Shown: in pieces, positions 63,181 through 64,000 of the stretch
How the letters are laid out: each line of letters opens with the position of its first letter
Numbering within the stretch: the first letter of the stretch is position 1
Source of the DNA: Squalus acanthias
Lineage: Eukaryota
DNA length: 64,000 nt
Assembly: GCA_030390025.1 (NCBI GenBank)
Contig: CM059432.1
Span: 89,344,001 to 89,408,000 of the forward strand
Reading direction: 5' to 3'
Position numbers and translations under genes: made by a program
The notes under the pieces: generated by a model
Database searches by the model: none
The model's input: the letters and a program-made list of their open reading frames with translations, nothing else
Told to the model about the DNA's origin: nothing

Positions 63181-64000
63181 CAGCCTACCTTGTTTGTCTT
63201 AATATTTATATCATGAAACAAGAGCTGCAAATGTGAATTCCTGAACAATAAAGTTCTGCTGGTAAGTGAAACAGACCACTGCTTCCCAAATTCTGTTTAG
63301 CATATGCAGCAATTTGAGTGTTAAAAAAAGTCCTATAAGTAACTTGTATGTTTCCTCCCTAGAGCAAAATTATTTCTCCGAATGCAACTGTCTGGTCGAA
63401 ATGATCCTAACCCTGCTTGCTGACCGTTTTTAATGGCCTTGTTACTGCTGAAAACAATAATCGATAATTGCTGCTTTCAGTCTTTATTCGGGCAATCCAG
63501 AATTTTTCATCTCAATCCAATCTAAGCCTATTTTAGCAAATAAAATGATATTTACCTCACTCACTGTTACAAGCTTTCCAGATTACGGGCTTCAAGAAAA
63601 AAAATCAATACAAAATACTAACTTATCAGTAGGTTTAAGTTTAGAATGCTAACTTTTCCTCCCTGCATTTTCTGGCACTCAGCTCCTCTAGTATTAAGGG
63701 TAGAACACGAAGCTAAAACCATAGAAAGTACTTGAATGATCTGTTTCCTACTTACTTGGGAAACCACTGTTGAGTTTATAAGCCAAAGTGTAGTGTCTGG
63801 TCAAGTACCTAACCTTTTGCTCCTGTTCCTGCTCTACACCTCTTACAAAGTTCATGGTAAAGAAAGATCTTGACCTCTCAGATGATTTCTGGGACTCAAA
63901 TATCTTCATGTATTATTCATTTATCTCTAGCATCTGAGACTGAGGTATCATCATACCTGACTGATTGATGTAAAAAAATAACCATGGTTCTGTGGGGAGG

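Overview
This is repeat-dense eukaryotic DNA, with no recognisable prokaryotic genes, rRNA, tRNA genes or CRISPR arrays. The repeat families point to a vertebrate, most likely a cartilaginous fish (inference). Most long ORFs are decayed transposon proteins or their antisense shadows. The window holds a near full-length CR1 LINE (~2450-6860, minus) and many other CR1 pieces, L2 LINEs, and a CR1/L2-group LINE whose endonuclease is preceded by a SINE-like head. It also holds a Tx1/L1-like 3' end, a Deu-domain SINE, at least five decayed two-gene PIF/Harbinger transposons, several ~750-bp Harbinger MITEs, a C2H2 zinc-finger fragment and a G/CpG-rich minisatellite split by a CR1. The most striking signal is a set of tiny, non-coding, TSD-flanked Penelope-like insertions carrying minimal hammerhead ribozyme motifs. 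Two of them (23055-23270 and 57261-57468) are near-perfect ~85-bp fold-back palindromes with a ~40-nt tail, each inserted independently into a copy of the same young CR1 subfamily. A second hammerhead family occurs at 52740-52844 and probably at ~7420-7545. No host gene could be identified; a few phase-compatible minus-strand micro-exon candidates are reported at low confidence. All family assignments come from motif recognition by eye, not database searches, and boundaries without TIRs or TSDs are approximate.
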